Source of the DNA: Saprolegnia diclina VS20
Taxonomy: Eukaryota
Reading direction: 5' to 3'
DNA: 46,518 nt
Assembly (NCBI RefSeq): GCF_000281045.1
Contig: NW_008246090.1
Coordinates: 296,863-343,380, forward strand
The notes under the pieces: model-generated
Told to the model about the DNA's origin: nothing
The model's database searches: none
Seen by the model: only the letters and a program-made list of their open reading frames with translations
Shown: positions 45,565-46,518 of the stretch, one piece after another
Position numbering within the stretch: position 1 is the first letter of the stretch
Layout: each line of letters starts with the position of its first letter
Translations under genes and position numbers: made by a program

Positions 45565-46518
45565 AGACTAGAGTAAGAGACGATTCAGTTAGGACACAAA
45601 CGTTCAACCCAGCAAAACGCCGTGAGGTCCTTGGAGCCGCACTCGCGACAGCCAAAGGACGGCGGTGGCTTGTACGGTGAGGCGCTGACCGGGACCAAGG
45701 TCGACTGTCTACGAGTGCTATATTGTCCAGCAAAACATATGCCCGTTTTCATTGTACAAGAGCCGAATGTCGTCTTGGGTCGTTGCCCAGCGTGTCTCGT
45801 TGTCGCTCTCGTGGCTCGACTCGCACCTACGCACCATGAGTCTTTTCTTCTGTGCAAGGCGGCAACAGGGACGACGACGGCGGCGGACTCCTATCACATT
45901 GCACCGTCTTGGTCGGCGATGACCGCAGAGACGGTGACGGCGGCGGTTTGAGCTGGAAACACCTACATCATTCGTGGGCTCCTGACCTCGTTAAGTAATC
46001 GACTTGGTTTGAAGCTGCAGAAACGAACGCTCCGAGATATTGCGCCGTGTCGGCGAGGGCGGGCGGAGACTCTGCAACGAGTTCCTACGCGACGAGGTGA
46101 GCTTTAGAGCGCGACGCTTCAAGTCTCACCGAGGCAGTCGTGTCGATGTCGTGCTACTTGCATCCGAGGTGAGCACGTGCAGCTTTTTGCTACAAATGCG
46201 TCATCATAAACACAACCCTTCAAAGTAGGGGTTAGGGTACGCGTTGCGCTTGAATTTGGGCACGGGCGGCTTGCGCGCGGGGCTGCCTTGGGTGCTAGTC
46301 GTCGAGCTACGTCGCAGCAGGTCGCTGCTGTGCGCCGGCATCGGATCTCGCTCACGTGTTTGCAAGTTTCACTGTCATGTAACTCCCACTAGACTCACAT
46401 GCACTTTAGCGCCGTACTTATCGATCTTGTTAGCCAATTCGGTCCCATTCCGGCGTTGGCGGTAGCCTGCTCCTCCGCGTCGCGCCCGCTACGATGCTAC
46501 TTCTTGTTGCCGTCGATC

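Noticed and set aside
46222..46240. TAGGGGTTAGGG telomere-like sequence
   Set aside because: Only about two imperfect units, which is expected by chance.

Overview
Eukaryotic, GC-rich, very gene-dense genomic DNA with many 40-55 nt GT-AG introns. The style suggests an oomycete, probably Saprolegniales (inference, not a database result). About 16 housekeeping genes are recognisable: pyruvate dehydrogenase kinase, a Rab2-like GTPase, DJ-1/PfpI, PIG-F, SF3A3/Prp9, SIZ1/PIAS SUMO ligase, COP9 subunit 3, BRO1/ALIX, a MAPKK, a VPS9-domain protein, casein kinase 1, CRIPT, strawberry notch, an ELMO-domain protein, LIS1 and sideroflexin. There is also a mucin-like surface protein and several hypotheticals. 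The accessory stretch at about 29.5-34.1 kb holds a Gag-like relic and a 2.7 kb Mutator-like (MULE) transposon with ~197 bp TIRs, a perfect 9 bp TSD and a decayed transposase. A ~280 bp MITE is nested inside it, and an empty-site copy of the same locus follows an assembly gap. I found no convincing wholly new multi-gene system. The best leads are the filled/empty MULE locus, a Rab with degenerate nucleotide-binding motifs, a strawberry-notch tail with a PIP-like+NLS+SIM arrangement, a strong TAG splice-acceptor bias, and convergent genes whose stop codons nearly touch. Gene boundaries were read by eye and span first to last coding base including introns.
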